From Phoronis australis (lineage: Eukaryota > Animalia > Phoronida): a stretch of 63,535 nucleotides of DNA. Below the pieces are notes generated by a model. The model was not told the origin of the DNA and ran no database searches. It saw nothing but the letters and a program-made list of their open reading frames with translations. The stretch lies in contig NMRA01000367.1 of NCBI GenBank assembly GCA_002633005.1, positions 43,818 through 107,352 of the forward strand. Reading direction: 5' to 3'. This document shows positions 22,167-35,786 of the stretch, piece by piece. Every line of letters begins with the position of its first letter. The stretch's first letter is position 1. Both the position numbers and the translations under genes were made by a program.

Positions 22167-23373
22167 CTGTGGTCGAACAAGAAGCTAAATATACTACAGT
22201 ACTTAATTAATTATGCGAGTAAGTACTTGGGAGCAGATCGCTTGTCCAATAGTGAACTAATCTCCAGTTTCACTGGTACAAAGGTCTACTAATCATGCAA
22301 ATCTCAACCTTCTGATGAAGTTTTGTCGGCATTTTACGATACTCACAGACGCGTCAAATAAATGGCAGCGCTTGGTCTGTCGCACCTAGTTTGTCGGTAA
22401 AAAGACATTCGGTTGGGGGTCGTTACCACCAAACAATCATACATGTATTTCTGCCGGTGCATTGAATCACGTGCAACTAAAGGCACTTAATGGCTGAAAA
22501 GCAGTTTTCGACATCTTGCCTCTCCTTTTCCGAAATAAAATTGGTGAGATTTTGCTTAAAAATGCCTCGAAATGAGATTTTTGGCGAGCGGCAAAATTGA
22601 TGTCCGGACGTCACCGATCGTGTTTCATGTTTTTGAAATTTTATTAAACCATCATTCGCGATCAACAATGAGTTAATTAGATTTATTTTATTTCGCGGTG
22701 AAAGCGTGTGATAGTGTTTGCCAAAAAAGTGGGATGTCGATCTTGTGCAAACGTAACAACATTAATGAAAACGCAAGGATAATGCTTTTCGCGTCCATTC
22801 AGTGACGGATGGAGGAATTGTGTTTAGACAAAGGCCCGTAGAAACAATGAGTTTTAAGAGTATTTTTGGGCCATTGAGCATTCTTTGAAGCCCGATTTTG
22901 CCAAGTCCAAGAAATCTAAACTAGGTGCATAAATTCCCGGCAGGTCGATGTTGACGGTAGATAGGCTTGCGCAAAAAGATCGCAGAAACGAAGTACAGCA
23001 CAGCCATTTAATTATTAGCCTTCGTCCGGTCTGCCTCTGGTCTAACTAGGCGTGACGGTAACCAAGGACAGACCGGAGAGTGAGGCTTGAGTCGACCTTC
23101 ACAACTAGCGTGTGCGCAAGCGTGACGGTGCCCGGAGCTTACCACGAGTCAGGCGTGAACGAAGCACGAAGGGCTGTTAGCCAGGCGTGAGTCAGAAACC
23201 CTTAGGCGGCGAGAAAGATAATACATTTATGTAACTAGGAAAGTGTAATGCAAATGGACAGGCATAACGAAATAACCACCAAAATATGTATCTATTCCGA
23301 CATCTTAAAATGCGGCAAATTATCACTTAACGTTCCCCAGGCTTGGTAAATCGATGCAAACTTTTTGCTCAAG

Positions 23374-24005
23374 TCACCTTGCTGACCGAGTCCTTTTAGT
23401 TTTAACTCTTCTCTTTGGCCAAGTATTCCCGGTATCTGTCGAATTCTTCATTATTGTGATTTGTTTGCAACCTTTCATTGTTTTCATTCTCGATTTCGAG
23501 TACGACTTTTTCGATGCAGAATCTTTCTTTTTCATCTCACTGTTTTTTGATGACCGCTGATCTTCATCTTTTTTTACTGATGATCGTGGCGTTTTGACTT
23601 CGGAGTCTGGTGAACATTTCAAATGACCATTTGAAGCAGACTCTATCAGTTCATCAATATTGACAGACACGTTGCTGCCTGGTGTCTGGGACCTATCAGA
23701 TTTCTTGTTAATTGGCGGCTCCTCGTAAATGTTGCCTTCTGTTTTCAGAGACATTTTCACTAGTAGCTCAATACTGTCCATCAGCACCATTTCTTGTCCA
23801 TCGTCTTTTTTGAAGCAATACGTTGGACTGGGTTCGTTCGCTTGCTTAAGAAAACTTTCTGCCATGTAACACGAACTCGGTTGTTTGTAAGGGGGCTTGA
23901 TGGAGTTCGAACGCCTTCTGTTCTTGAACAAAATGACCAGAACTCCAGTAAAGATGACCAGGAAAAAACCTCCGCCAAAGGATGGCACTATGATCACCGC
24001 AACAT
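23374..24005 (-). CDS. Host gene last exon: transmembrane helix and Ser/Lys-rich cytoplasmic tail
   Basis: Acceptor ttttagATGTTG, phase 1; VAVIIVPSFGGGFFLVIFTGVLVILF followed by KNRRR; open to the stop at 23374. Confidence 0.85.
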
Positions 24006-25572
24006 CTAAAACAAAAAAAAAACATGACTAACGTGTTCTAGGAATATTGGTTAACTCCCGTTAATTAAGAATACTTACGTAACACGCGATATTGGTTTTG
24101 ACTTTGCCAAACGTGAATTTGAAAAACTGCGCTGTAACTAGATCAGTCTCGCTTTCTGACAAGTTTCTTGGACCAAGCTAACGTGTCAGTGTTTCTCGTA
24201 ACAAAAACATACGACAAACGTTTAAGTCTTAAGAGTGCAGTACACTTAAGGGAGCATGCCACCCAAAAACAACCTAATTTGTATCAATTTAGATCGAGTA
24301 GTTCTAGTCCATAACGACACGTATGGTTGCGTTACCTGACACATGATGGCAGACGGAGGTGTTGAAATTATCCAATGACGTCATCGGTTTCAATGCAGCC
24401 CGTTCAGCAGTTCACAACACGGGTTACTGGTGTCAGCTTATCGCTTGAAGACATCGTTTAACACCAATAAATCATCAAACTTCGAGTTCTTATAAAAACG
24501 TGTTGTTTTATTTCGCTCTTACGGATATATTGGTATTTGGACACACCGTAGCTTACAAAGTTCGGCAGGCAAATAAGGTCCCTTAGCAGGAGTTTGGGGT
24601 CTGTTCGGAGATAATTTCGAAGTAAATTTCGTGAGATACAGACAGGAAGACCTAGATCCCAGTTGTTTAGAATTGAGATTTTTTGAGTTCTTAATACAAA
24701 ACGCTTGTTATCCTGGCCAGTGGCTCGGAGCCCGATCAGGCCCGTCGCGGCCGGCCGGATTGACTCGTTATCCCGGCCTGTAGCTTGGAAACTGATCCGA
24801 CATCACGAACATAAACCAGCCAAAGTTCAGTGGAAACTAAACTTCCATCCAAAAAAGTACTATACTAGCGAGCCAAAGTGACGTGCACGTGATTATGTTG
24901 GCGAATCAGCCACGAAACTGCAAATCTACTTACTCGTCGGGGGCCGCGAATTCATGTTCCGCTTTGGCCACAGCACCGCCGGTCAGGGCAAAAGTTGTAC
25001 ATTAACAATCATTATTTGAGTAAGGTAAATGTAAATAAAGATTCCCCTAACACCTGGCCGTGAGATGGAAATCGAGTTGTTTCACAACAGTTTCTGCCAG
25101 CAAACACTAAATTAGCATGAGCTCGCGCGGCCTCGGTGTCCCGTTAATTAGTTTTATTGCAGCTAAAGCCGGTAACGCAGTGATTTATTCCTTGCTGGCT
25201 TCTCAAATCATTTGCACTCACGAACACTCCAAAGGCATTACAAATTGCATCTAATGAGACAGACTTTGTTTCTGTTTGGTTAGGGTGAGAATAATTCATG
25301 TTTAAGCAGAACGCTCAATAATAAACGCCAACATGGTATCTCGCAATCCCCGGCCGACTTGAACGAGCTAGAGCTCACCAGTCCCGACTTTGCAGGTGGA
25401 TCGTTAAGTTTTACAGGCTATCGATTCGAACAGGAATACAGTGAATAAGAAATACTAGAGAGGCGCCGTGAACAAGCTCAGACGCTGAGGGAACGTATAG
25501 AGTTATTTGTCAGGCACTGTCGACGTCTGCAGGCCACAGACGAGGAGATGTTTCACTGCCTCATACTTGGTA

Positions 25573-28500
25573 CAGCACACATCACGAATTTTTGTCCGCC
25601 CAACAACGGTCGGCTAGGAGCCGTCTACTGAGTCGCCTCTGTAGTCGGCACTTGGGTCGGCTAAGTGGTCGCCTAGCGTGGACGACCAATTCGGATTAAG
25701 CGTGTCCTTGGTCGGCAATTACCATTTTATGACTTAACGGGTGAACTTTAGCCAAACAAACATTTTACTGTTCGCTGTTCGTTCACCACTGGCAACTCAG
25801 GTCTTGACATCGGTTTATAAACTTTTGTTCAACTGTTGAAAGGAAATAAAATCGAATCAACCTACAAATACGAAGTGCGTGACATTACACCAGCCTAAAA
25901 CTTTATGTTGAATTAATGACGGCGTGGTAAAATCAAACGTTAAGTGATATCGCGGAAGCATAATTTCTAAATTTAGATATGAGACTTTTTATACAGNTAA
26001 AGGGGCGCAATTTCAAACCTTTGGCATGAATCAGTGTTATAAAAATGGAAATACATGTAGACCGACTTTAGTTCATCAGCAATCTAGACACAACAGTTAC
26101 AGACACTCACTGCGTTTGTTAACGTCTTGTGGCAGTGATAAAAATAATTTTTTCTACTATGATTGATAACAAGTTTTACTCTGATGAGGTATGATGCAAT
26201 ATGCACGTCTGATATGCAGAGTCAGCAGTTGCAAAAATATTTACTGGGTTTAATGAATCCGTTTGTTATGTACCACTGCAAAAGTATAATTACTAATTGT
26301 ACATTCGAAGCACGCCTCATTAGAATAAAAACATACACATGCTTGATGATCCTGGGAGTACCTCTTTTACAGGCATGAATGAAGATACACTGTATATTGT
26401 TGTTAAGCCATAGAGGATAGTAAAGCTTAGATAATATCACACTGAGCCATGTACATCAGGCATATACAAAGGATACAGTATTTCAAAAGAAGCCTCAACT
26501 ACTCATTTTTCATAGTCATAACTACTATTTTTCATAGTATTACTAAATCACGAACACCTAGATTTATATTAGAAGTTACATAGTACGATGCTACACAACC
26601 TGCTCTCCCCCCATTTATGGGAGGCCTAATTTGAAACAGTTAACGACATATCTTTTCTATGCAAGATTAAAACCAAGCAAAACGTGTGAAACTCTCCAGG
26701 ACTAAAAATAAATATCTCAAAACCTGACATTTTACTTAAGCAGGAATTAAAACAACCCAATACATTGAGATTGTTTTCACACAGAAGACCATAGAGCAAA
26801 TAAAGACCAAAATTCACCACGTCAAGGCTGAAAATTTATCACATCAGCACCTATAATTTATCAAGTGGGGACCAAAAATTCTTCACTACAGGATCAAAAT
26901 AAAATACGACCGAACTGAAAAATTAATAAGTCAGGTTCAAAAACTTACCGTGTCAGTAACTTTCACGCCAGAACACCACGTCACCATCCCAAAGCATGGA
27001 TCTTTCAAAGTGATAATGTCCGTACTACATGTATACATATAAACAAGGGCTATATGTTCAACTTCTCGCCGACAACAGACCTATTATCTTGGAAATGCGG
27101 TTGAATTTCTTTTGTCTAATCCACGTTTTACAATAGATGCCAATGTGTGGGTACACACTGGATTGTCACCATTGCATAATGGGTGATCACGTAGCCTCCG
27201 GGCTTGAAAACAACTCTCTCTCCTGGCGTGATAAGTTGTCTGACACAATGAATCCTGGTTGCCAATTGTTTTTGATTCTACAGAGATTTCAATTCCTGAA
27301 TAGAAAATGTGTGTTCTGGATGTTTTCGCTTCAGCTTTCCATTCAGCTAACTAGTGTACAGCACAGTGTTTTTACTATCCCGTGGCTGCTCCACTGCAAC
27401 AAATAACTTCTAGTACAACCTTCCCTAAACTACGCTCGTATTTTGCACATTTCTTCGGGGTAACAGTTTTCTAAGAGCTATATATTCATTGGACAAGAAT
27501 ACCAGTCTCAGGTAGTCCTTGAGCTCATGCTCTGAATGTTTTGTAAACGCAACTCTTTCTTTACGCAGATACAGTTTTCTGCCCGTGGACACCGACTCGC
27601 TGAATTCATCAACCAAACATTTATTTTTGAAAATGCCCTCAAAAGTGTACTTTTTTAAAACACCGAGTTGACCATAGTCGTCAGTGTAGAAAAGCGAAAT
27701 GAACAAATTTGTACACAGTGCTCAAAGCACGTTTGAGGACATACGGAAACGCCAGCGTCTCTGTCTTACAACGCTGCGTGTACTTGGCATTTCATTTCAC
27801 GCTGGAAACTTTTTTAAGACAGAGCACCGTTTCAAAAAAAATAGCATTTTTCTTACAGCTGAAAACAGAAGAATTATTCTGCGATTTTAGGACTGAAATG
27901 GAACCAAATCTCGAGTCAGTGGTGACTCATTAGCATGTGCAAAACTCGGGGAGGGGGGGGGGTGGCGATATATATACAAGCATGATTTATTTATTTTTTT
28001 ATTTTGATTTTGTAGTTGCCACTTCTCATTTTTCTTAAGGTGGCCAGATCATACGCTATCAATATGACCAGACGCTTTGCTTCTCAAAAGTGCACCTTTG
28101 TGTATTTTCTATCATTCTTTGCCATCGCAATCGCTTTACCAAAGGTTCGCGCACATATGCCGCGTAGTGAATACTTCTTCATCACGTATTCACATCTTCC
28201 CGTTCACAATTATTTTATTTTGCATAATTTGTCTATACGTTGTTGACAGAAAATATTTATTTTTGGAACAACGTGAACGACCAACTGATAGGGGACTACG
28301 TGTATACGACTGCTAGCCCGGATTTTAACGTCACCGATACTTGAAAACGGAATGCGCAAAGCTACAATTGCCTCCAGCCTCAACAGTGGTGATGTCACCG
28401 TCTTAGTTCGTGGAAATCGTAACCATACTATGATTTCGAAGTTAGAACCATCGAAGTCCGTGGGTTTAAGGCATACTGGACCGTGAATTTCGAGTCTGTA

Positions 28501-29229
28501 CTGCAAGGGTCAATACTATAAAAATGAAATTACCGGAGTGAGAGCTCTTCGCGGTGTAACAACTCACTCACTAATCCATCATCATGAGCGCGTGATAGGA
28601 GACCGGTGACTAACTTAAAAAACGCAAAAAGATGCAGTTTGGCGTTAAACAAACAAAATCAATTGCGGTTAAGACTGTTAAAAATAGCTGCGTTTACAAA
28701 ATGTCTACAGCGTTGTATTGACCGGGAAGCAACCAATCTAATACATCTTGTTAACGTCACGAGTCAAACGAGATCAAACGTAAAGAAAACTTTCACGTTT
28801 TTCATCCCAAACTTGCTGCATTGTCCATAATCCAATGTTTACTAGTGCCCCTTGCCTTCAACCTTCGAATTAGTGGTGTTACACAACCGACGTGAACTCA
28901 TGTAACCGAGACAGTAAAACTAGGTTAATTTATTTGACCCTGCGCTGAGACGAATATGCATCGACACGCAAAGTGGCATCAGCCTGACAACCTGTTACGC
29001 AACTGCGACTCTAGCCTAAAAATAGCAGCCGACCAGCTGGTCGGCTGATGGCCGGTCGCCTGAAGGGTCGGCTGAAGGGACGGCAGGGGAGTCGCCTTAT
29101 GAGTCGGCACTGCGGGCGGCTGCCGGTCGGCTAATTTTTAGCCGACCGGTCGGCTAATTTGCCGACCGGTCGACGGCTAGTCGTCGACTAATTTCCGACC
29201 GGGCGGACAAAAATTCGTGATGTGTGCTG
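25573..29229. mobile_element. Non-autonomous TIR element with TA TSD
   Basis: Perfect 29-bp TIRs cagcacacatcacgaatttttgtccgccc (25573-25601 and 29201-29229), TA on both sides, GTCGGC/GCCGAC sub-terminal repeats. Confidence 0.9.
26805..26952 (-). repeat. Solo CACGG-type terminus with 21-22 bp degenerate repeats
   Basis: About seven units (e.g. gctgaaaatttatcacatcagc, accaaaaattcttcactacagg) ending in ...cttaccgtg. Confidence 0.5.
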
Positions 29230-30279
29230 TATTTCCAGCGTACATTTCATTCTTCGCTACCGTGAGCCACTTCCTAAGCATTTCGGACTCTCGGTGAAGT
29301 GAAAAACAAACGATATACCCGCTTTCCTCGCAGCTGCTTAGTTTGGACAAGCGGGAACGATGCACCGCAACATAGCGGCAATCATTCTGCATATGAACCA
29401 CCGACGTCGCTAGCGTCGTTTCTCACGTTCCTCACAGGTTAACGCGACACCTCTTGGCAAGGTAAGGTCGACCGTATGCGAGGCGATGTGGATATAGATC
29501 GATTAAGACGGCAAAAAAGTCTAATTAAATCGGGTGGCATTCTCCTTTAAGACCAGGCAAAAATAGATAGAGGGGTGATAAACCCTATGTGACGGATTTG
29601 GATCATATTCTGCATTTTTGTTTACTTTCTTATGGTAATTACTAAAATGCACTTTAAACAAATTCTATCGCGTTAGGTAGCTTAAAAGTCGGGTACCTCA
29701 CTTTTCACTGAAAACCACTATCAGAACTTGCCCCAATAATCCCAGTTTTTGTGATATTGTAAGTAATTACAGAAGCTACTAGAAAATGAAATAGCTACTG
29801 TTTTGTATCCATTGTCTTCGTAAAATGAAAAATAAATGTGTCAAGTTGCACCTTAAATTCCACATTTCGGGTTTGAAAGGTCATGGGTTTATACAAGCAG
29901 AAAACATGGATAACTTGCCCAGGTTTGAGTCAATCTCCTCTGAAGCCAAATTTTACACTTTGGAACTTTATTGTGGGTTTGATCTATCTTAGTAGAATAG
30001 GTATTTGGCATCAAAACCACCGGCAAACACATGTCTTCATATAGTAATGAGCAATTGTTCGCAGCCACCTCAGCCAAAGTGAGCACTTGTGACAATAACT
30101 ACTAGTCATCGAAAATGTTGACTTTTGAGGTTAAAAAGTGCTCAAAAGGTTGTTAAATTATTGAGCTTACTTCTTAGAGAATAAAATTCAATAAAATTAG
30201 TATTTTTTGTATTTTTTTACTGTGAGTTACCATTTTGATGAAAAGCCCTTCAGGTGTCTCTGATATCACTGAAGAAAAC

Positions 30280-31560
30280 ATGGCTGATGAGGTGGCGGAA
30301 GTAGATAATATAGTGTGTTTGTGGGCATAATCCTTCAAATCTGGTTTATGGAGCTTCAAAGGAATCTGGAACCATGCAGCAAGCAATTGAAGCAATAACT
30401 GATTGCAGAAAGTCCATAGCAAGCCATTTGATATATGTTAAAGTCACCGACCTAGTCCCGTTCAGTGACAGTGCTGAAACTGAAAGTGGCAGCCGATTCT
30501 TGCCAGGGTCAGAGTGGGCTTGTTTACAACAGTTTGCCCCCCCCCCCCAGTTTTTGGAAATCGTCGATCTCAGCATGTTATCAGATGGAGGCTAATTAAA
30601 AGTAAGATACGTGTCCACCTTCAACATCAGAAAGGCTCTAAGCCCAAGGCCAAGCTTGAGTTTGGAATGTAAGTGGAAATGCAGTCAACAAGGGATTTCT
30701 GGAAGAACAGAATGTATCGATTCCAGTTGGGTCAGGTAAGTTGTGCTGCAGGTCATCAATACTCTATACCTGTTGATAACGACTTTATTATGTTTGCTTT
30801 CTCAACTAGATTCTGGCTGCAGTCGCCAGGAAGGGCACAACCCTATGAAGTAAAGCGACACTCGAGTACTAGAGTAATTTTAGTTACTTCTTCCAGTACT
30901 GACTTGTATTAGTAAAATATTCACTTTATCTCAATATTTAGGGTTTGTCGAAATATATTCCATTTTATGATCACGCATGTGTAAGAAGTGAAAACTTGGT
31001 GTCCATAATCAAAAGATTTAATCGAGCCCTTGTCTCCTAGCTGACACCAATTTCTCGTCTAATTCACCTGCAGTTGGTCACATTGCTCTATCCGTAGGGG
31101 AAAGGCTATTTATGGAAAATATAATTCTTGTGTTTACGGATTAACTTTCATACAATTGTAATATTTACAGGCAGTTTTTTCAAGTGGAAACGAGGGTGAC
31201 CAACCATCATTCTGGCTGCCCAAGCCTTTGCCAAAGAGCCATAAGTCGAATCAGTTTCTCACTGCTGCATCTGATGGAAGAGTCAACCCTGTTAGGACCC
31301 AGCTTCTAACTGACATCGATGAATTTGCCGAAAGGTCCTAGCGATATTACAAAGAAAAAGCCAGCAAAGCATTATCTGTAACTCATGTATGTATTGCTCC
31401 TGGTCATATTGATGTTCTGAAGAATGTCTCTCATCCAGTCAGCATATCAAATATTTTCCCGTTTAGCAGCACTCAATCATTCTGGGAAACTCGCACAGTT
31501 TGATGCCTTTGGAATGAAAAGAATCGCTGAGGAAAACCAACGATTTGAACTGTGACAAAC
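30280..31560 (+). pseudogene. Decayed N-terminal part of a Sola-like transposase
   Basis: ITDCRKSIASHL...VSIPVGS|...GRVNPVRTQL...RYYKEKA...CIAPGH...FWETR, with stops; family recognised from memory. Confidence 0.5.
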
Positions 31561-34019
31561 GATTGTTGAGTCCATGGAATTGCCGCAGTAGCACATTTCA
31601 TGTATACAAGACTCAGAAACATTTGAAATACAGTATCTCAAAAGGAGACAAACAAAATGCTATTTCCATTTCGTGACGTTTCATCTGTGCTGACTAAAGG
31701 TGTCTCATCGTGCACCTAATTTGCTCGCATTTTGTAAATGTGACCACATTTGTTCTTTTCTATTTACTTGGTTGATGGCGTGTAACTTGCCTGTGTCCTA
31801 TATCAGCCTCAATATAGTATTAGTATTCTCTAAACTACTTTGGTGCTTGTTTAATGTTTGGCTATCTTATTGTTTTGCTACATAAGTACAGTATAACCTG
31901 CTCTGCTGCATATTTGTATAACATACACCTGTAATAAACAATATTTTAAATCAGGACAGTTTTTAAATATTGCCCAACTTTGTTCCAAAATCTCTTTGCA
32001 GGATTACCAAAGTTCAACTATATGCAGTCTGAATGTTTGTGTGTTTTATTTTCGTTTTGCTGCACATGCATTGTCTTATGATTTTTCAATGAAGTAGCTG
32101 ACACTACATGTACATGTATTAGTCTCGAGACTTCTGAATTTTTGGAGTCTGACTGATGGTAAGCACAAAACACCATTGCATACCCATACTAAACTCGGGC
32201 GGATCCAGGATTTTTAGCTGGGGCCATGGCACAGAATTTCGTCACATCCGTGCGCCCTCCCTAAAATGTAGGGATGCAAGGGTCTCGCAATTTTGAGTTT
32301 GTGGATCTTATTACTAAGAAAATCCGTTAAAGGGGGTTTGTTCAAGGCCAATGCATTGTGCATTCGCCCCCGGAGCCCCCTGGGTGCTCGAAAATGCTAG
32401 TCAGCAGTTCACACCCCGAACTTACAAATGGTATCTGGGAGAATTTTAGGGGGGCATGGCCCCCTCCTGGAATCCACCATTGAAACTGTGATAGATGCAG
32501 AAAACATCTGAACTGATTTTTCTGCTATCTTGCGTGTGAAATACTCGGTTTCCTGTTTTTTCATGAAAATGTCTACGAACCTTCCGCAAACACATCATTC
32601 TATGCGTTGTCGGTAAACACTAAAAAAAACATTGGTATCCATAATGCGAGAATATTCAGACATCCATATGCACATCTGGGCGTGTGCTGTTCGGGGACTT
32701 CTCGAATGAGAAGCGTAAGAAAAGTTTATTCAACAACGCCAATTTCACCGATAGTCGACTGTCCTCATTAGATCTGTTCTTCTAACCTCATTTAACTGCA
32801 TCTACCCCATACCATTTCAATATATCTCTTTTTTATGACTAACTACTTTGCTGTATGATTTGTTCGGGTTTCGGGTTTGCTGATATGTACTGTATGGAGA
32901 TGCAGTTGTCTACTTCCGGCGCAATACACCTATTATTGTTTTTTATAAAATTCGTTGAACTGAGATGCGTCGGGACGCGATCAACCGACTTCGAGAAAAT
33001 TAGAAAACTAAATTTGAATCAGACCCACACATTAAACTTTTAGAATTTGGGTTCGCAGTTATGTATAACTGAAGACTTATTAATAGATTTTTTACTCAAC
33101 CATAATGCATTTTGAAACGGTGAGTATTTGCACATGCTATTGGCAGCGTTATCGTCAGGGTCAAAGGAAACCAACGTGCCTTTTTGTGCTTCTTATTCTT
33201 TTCAGTAAAATAACAAAATTATAGCTCTCTTGATATGTTCGATCGCCTATTTTAAGATTTCAAAACAGTATTTTGAATCCTCGCATATATTTGTTACTAT
33301 GCAGACATTGGCCAGTTGCACAATTTTGGTGAGGTGCCTTACTTCTAGAGCCCGACGCGGTATGAAGAAGGGTAATTGCCTAGACTTTTGTTGGTTTTAT
33401 TTTGTAGAGCTAAGATAAATCTAAACAATGGTTGTAGTTTTGTTGTTTTAGATTTGGCTTTAGCTGATATATGTAGGCAGGAAGTAGGGAAATTTTCAAC
33501 ATTTTAGAATCACCACAAACTAGCCAAACTGGTAGCCTACAAAAACGGCTAAGATGTAACTGAAACCGTGATATTTTCTACGACTGGCAAGTTGAAAGAC
33601 ACCTCAATTCAGTGATAAACTTGAAGTGTTTCACTTTGCTTTAATGTTCTCAAGGTAAGTTCGCAAAAAGTGCCAAAAAAGCTGTAACGAGGCTTGGAAT
33701 TGGCAGAAAAAAACACGTTCCCATAGCAACCACAAGGTGGCGCACGCAAAACAAAAATTAATGTTGGTGTGAATGTTGAGGCATCAACCCCTACCATCAT
33801 GCAAAAAAATCGAGGAAATCCGTGACATAGCCTTTATCACTTTTTGCCTGGTCCATTCGTGGACGTGCTCTTAAGTTCTTTTAAAAAACAAATTTTAACC
33901 GACGTTCCGTAAATGGTATGCGGTCTACATCAAAAGCTTGGCGTTTGCTATAAAAGTGTGACTCTCTGAAGCATGGAGTCTTTGTTGACAACATTTTTTT
34001 TTCGAGTCATCATACTTAC

Positions 34020-34199
34020 CCAAGCACCTTGTTTCTGCAGAACAGGTCATCACCTCACGACCTTGACCCCAGCAGTAATTTCCTCCATAATAAGGAACTG
34101 GGTCGTCGCAAGTTCGGTTACGGAAGACACTACCGGTACCAGAATCGCAACTGGCGTTACATTTGCTCCAGGCAGCCCACTCCGACCACCCACCATCAA
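34020..34199 (-). CDS. Host gene exon: thrombospondin type-1 (TSP1) domain
   Basis: 180-nt phase 1-1 exon: VDGGWSEWAAWSKCNASCDSGTGSVFRNRTCDDPVPYYGGNYCWGQGREVMTCSAETRCL (absent from the ORF track). Confidence 0.95.
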
Positions 34200-34239
34200 C
34201 TAATGTAATAAGGGATGATAAGTGTACAAATTACAACTT

Positions 34240-34302
34240 CACTTTGGCAGATGTCAGATTGTTTGTAAACCGTTTACCAATAATCTGACATCTGCCAAAG
34301 TG
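34240..34302. repeat. 63-bp near-perfect hairpin (CAC...GTG)
   Basis: 31-bp arms with 2 mismatches and a 1-nt spacer. Confidence 0.9.
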
Positions 34303-34988
34303 TATAGTATATATATAATAGTACTATGACAAAATGCAAGGGTATGAAACAAATCACTTGAACAAGTTGTGAGGGCTCAAAAGTGAAACTGGCAGTGTGC
34401 TGAAGACGAATATTTGAACAAGAACAAAAGCGACCTTTGACAGCTGAATGGAAATTTTCCTTGGCCCTCAACGTACTAGTTCGCAGTTATTGTGAAGCAA
34501 ATTGGCAGCTCATTTTTACATGTGTTTGCTCAGCTGAAGCAGTTTAAAGAACAGTTTTAAGACGCATGGAACGAAAACAGTAATTAGGACTTCTGCTTTG
34601 TATAGAAGATGTTTGCCAAAGAAATGACCAGCTGTTTTTTTAATGTGCAATTTTGTAAATGAACTAGCCAAAATAAGACAGGCCCCTAAACCTAGGACAA
34701 ACCTCTAACCGTAGTCGGGAATTTGAAATAATGACTTTGCATTTCCAGTTTTATTAACTCTAATGAGGCGACTTAAAAACTTGCAAAGCTAGCTGTCCCT
34801 TTATAGTAATAGTGCTTCTAACCTTACACGTATATGTTGAAATATTGCTAGGAATTCGACGGAATTGAAACTTGATAATTCGAACTCCGCTACAGGACCA
34901 TCTTGGATACTTCCGCACTAACACATTTTTACTCAACTGCGATGCTTTCATAAATACGGAGTTATAAACTTATATCAAATTGCATTAC

Positions 34989-35312
34989 CCGGTCGTAAGA
35001 TGGACTTAGTAGTTGAGACGTATTTACTGTTAGACTTTGCGTTGCGCGCGCTGCACGTGACTTTCGTGTCTCTCTCCCGCACTGCATACTGCATGAAGCT
35101 TGTATAGATGCGGCCTTGGTACTCATCAAGCACCGTGTTTTGTTCAGTTTCCTTAAGTTCACCTTGTATCGACCATTCGAACTCCACTTCCCCATATACG
35201 TAATCTGTTGAACACCCAAAGGTGTAGGACTTGCCGGAAGCTAAGGACCAACCTTCGCAATCATCCACAATGCTTGATGAAATACAATTTAGTGTAACTT
35301 TTGATGGGCCGT
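34989..35312 (-). CDS. Host gene exon: Ig-like (C2-type) domain
   Basis: 324-nt phase 1-1 exon: YGPSKVTL...YTFGCSTDYVYGEVEFEW...KVTCSARN; canonical AG/GT sites. Confidence 0.85.
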
Positions 35313-35786
35313 CTGAAAGAATATTACCGATTTCTCGGATTAATGCGCAAGAGTTGCATTTGCAGTTTATAACACCGTGCAAAACTATTTGAAGAACGAG
35401 CTCCTAGTTTCTCGTGCTTCAGAAAACAGACGTCAACAGGGGTGGACTTAAAGAGGCACGGCGCCATGCCCACCCTTAAATTCTCCCAGATTCCATTTGG
35501 CAGTTCGGTGCTCCGAATGTCTGACGGGCAACATCCTGGCTAATACCTTGCCCTGTGCCGGCCTCAAAGTCCTCAATCCACTCCTGGTCAGTATGTGTTG
35601 ATGCCGTCGTTGTGCATATAACGTCCACGTTTTCTTACGCATCATTTGTTTAGTCAATAAAACAACCCTCACAACAAGGGCTGTATTTAAGGGCTGAGTA
35701 TTCCAAATCGGTCGATCTGTTTTTTAACTCATCCCATGCAAACTCTCATCAGAGGTAGGGAGATTTACTGGTTTGGTACCACTGAA

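Larger units (their letters stand above)
24250..29546 (-). mobile_element. Non-autonomous THAP/Kolobok-like element with TTAA TSD
   Basis: TIRs gggagcatgccaccc / gggtggcattctcct (13 of 15 match), TTAA on both sides; degenerate THAP split by the 25573-29229 insertion and homologous to 2441-2998. Confidence 0.8.
24233..33870 (+). mobile_element. Sola-like (Sola3-type ends) DNA transposon, degenerate, with nested insertions
   Basis: TTAA|GAG... and ...CTC|TTAA. Removing 24250-29550 restores a left TIR (gagtgcagtacac-ttaa-gaccaggcaaaaa..gtgataaa.cctatgt.acggattt) matching the reverse complement of ~33815-33870. Confidence 0.65.
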
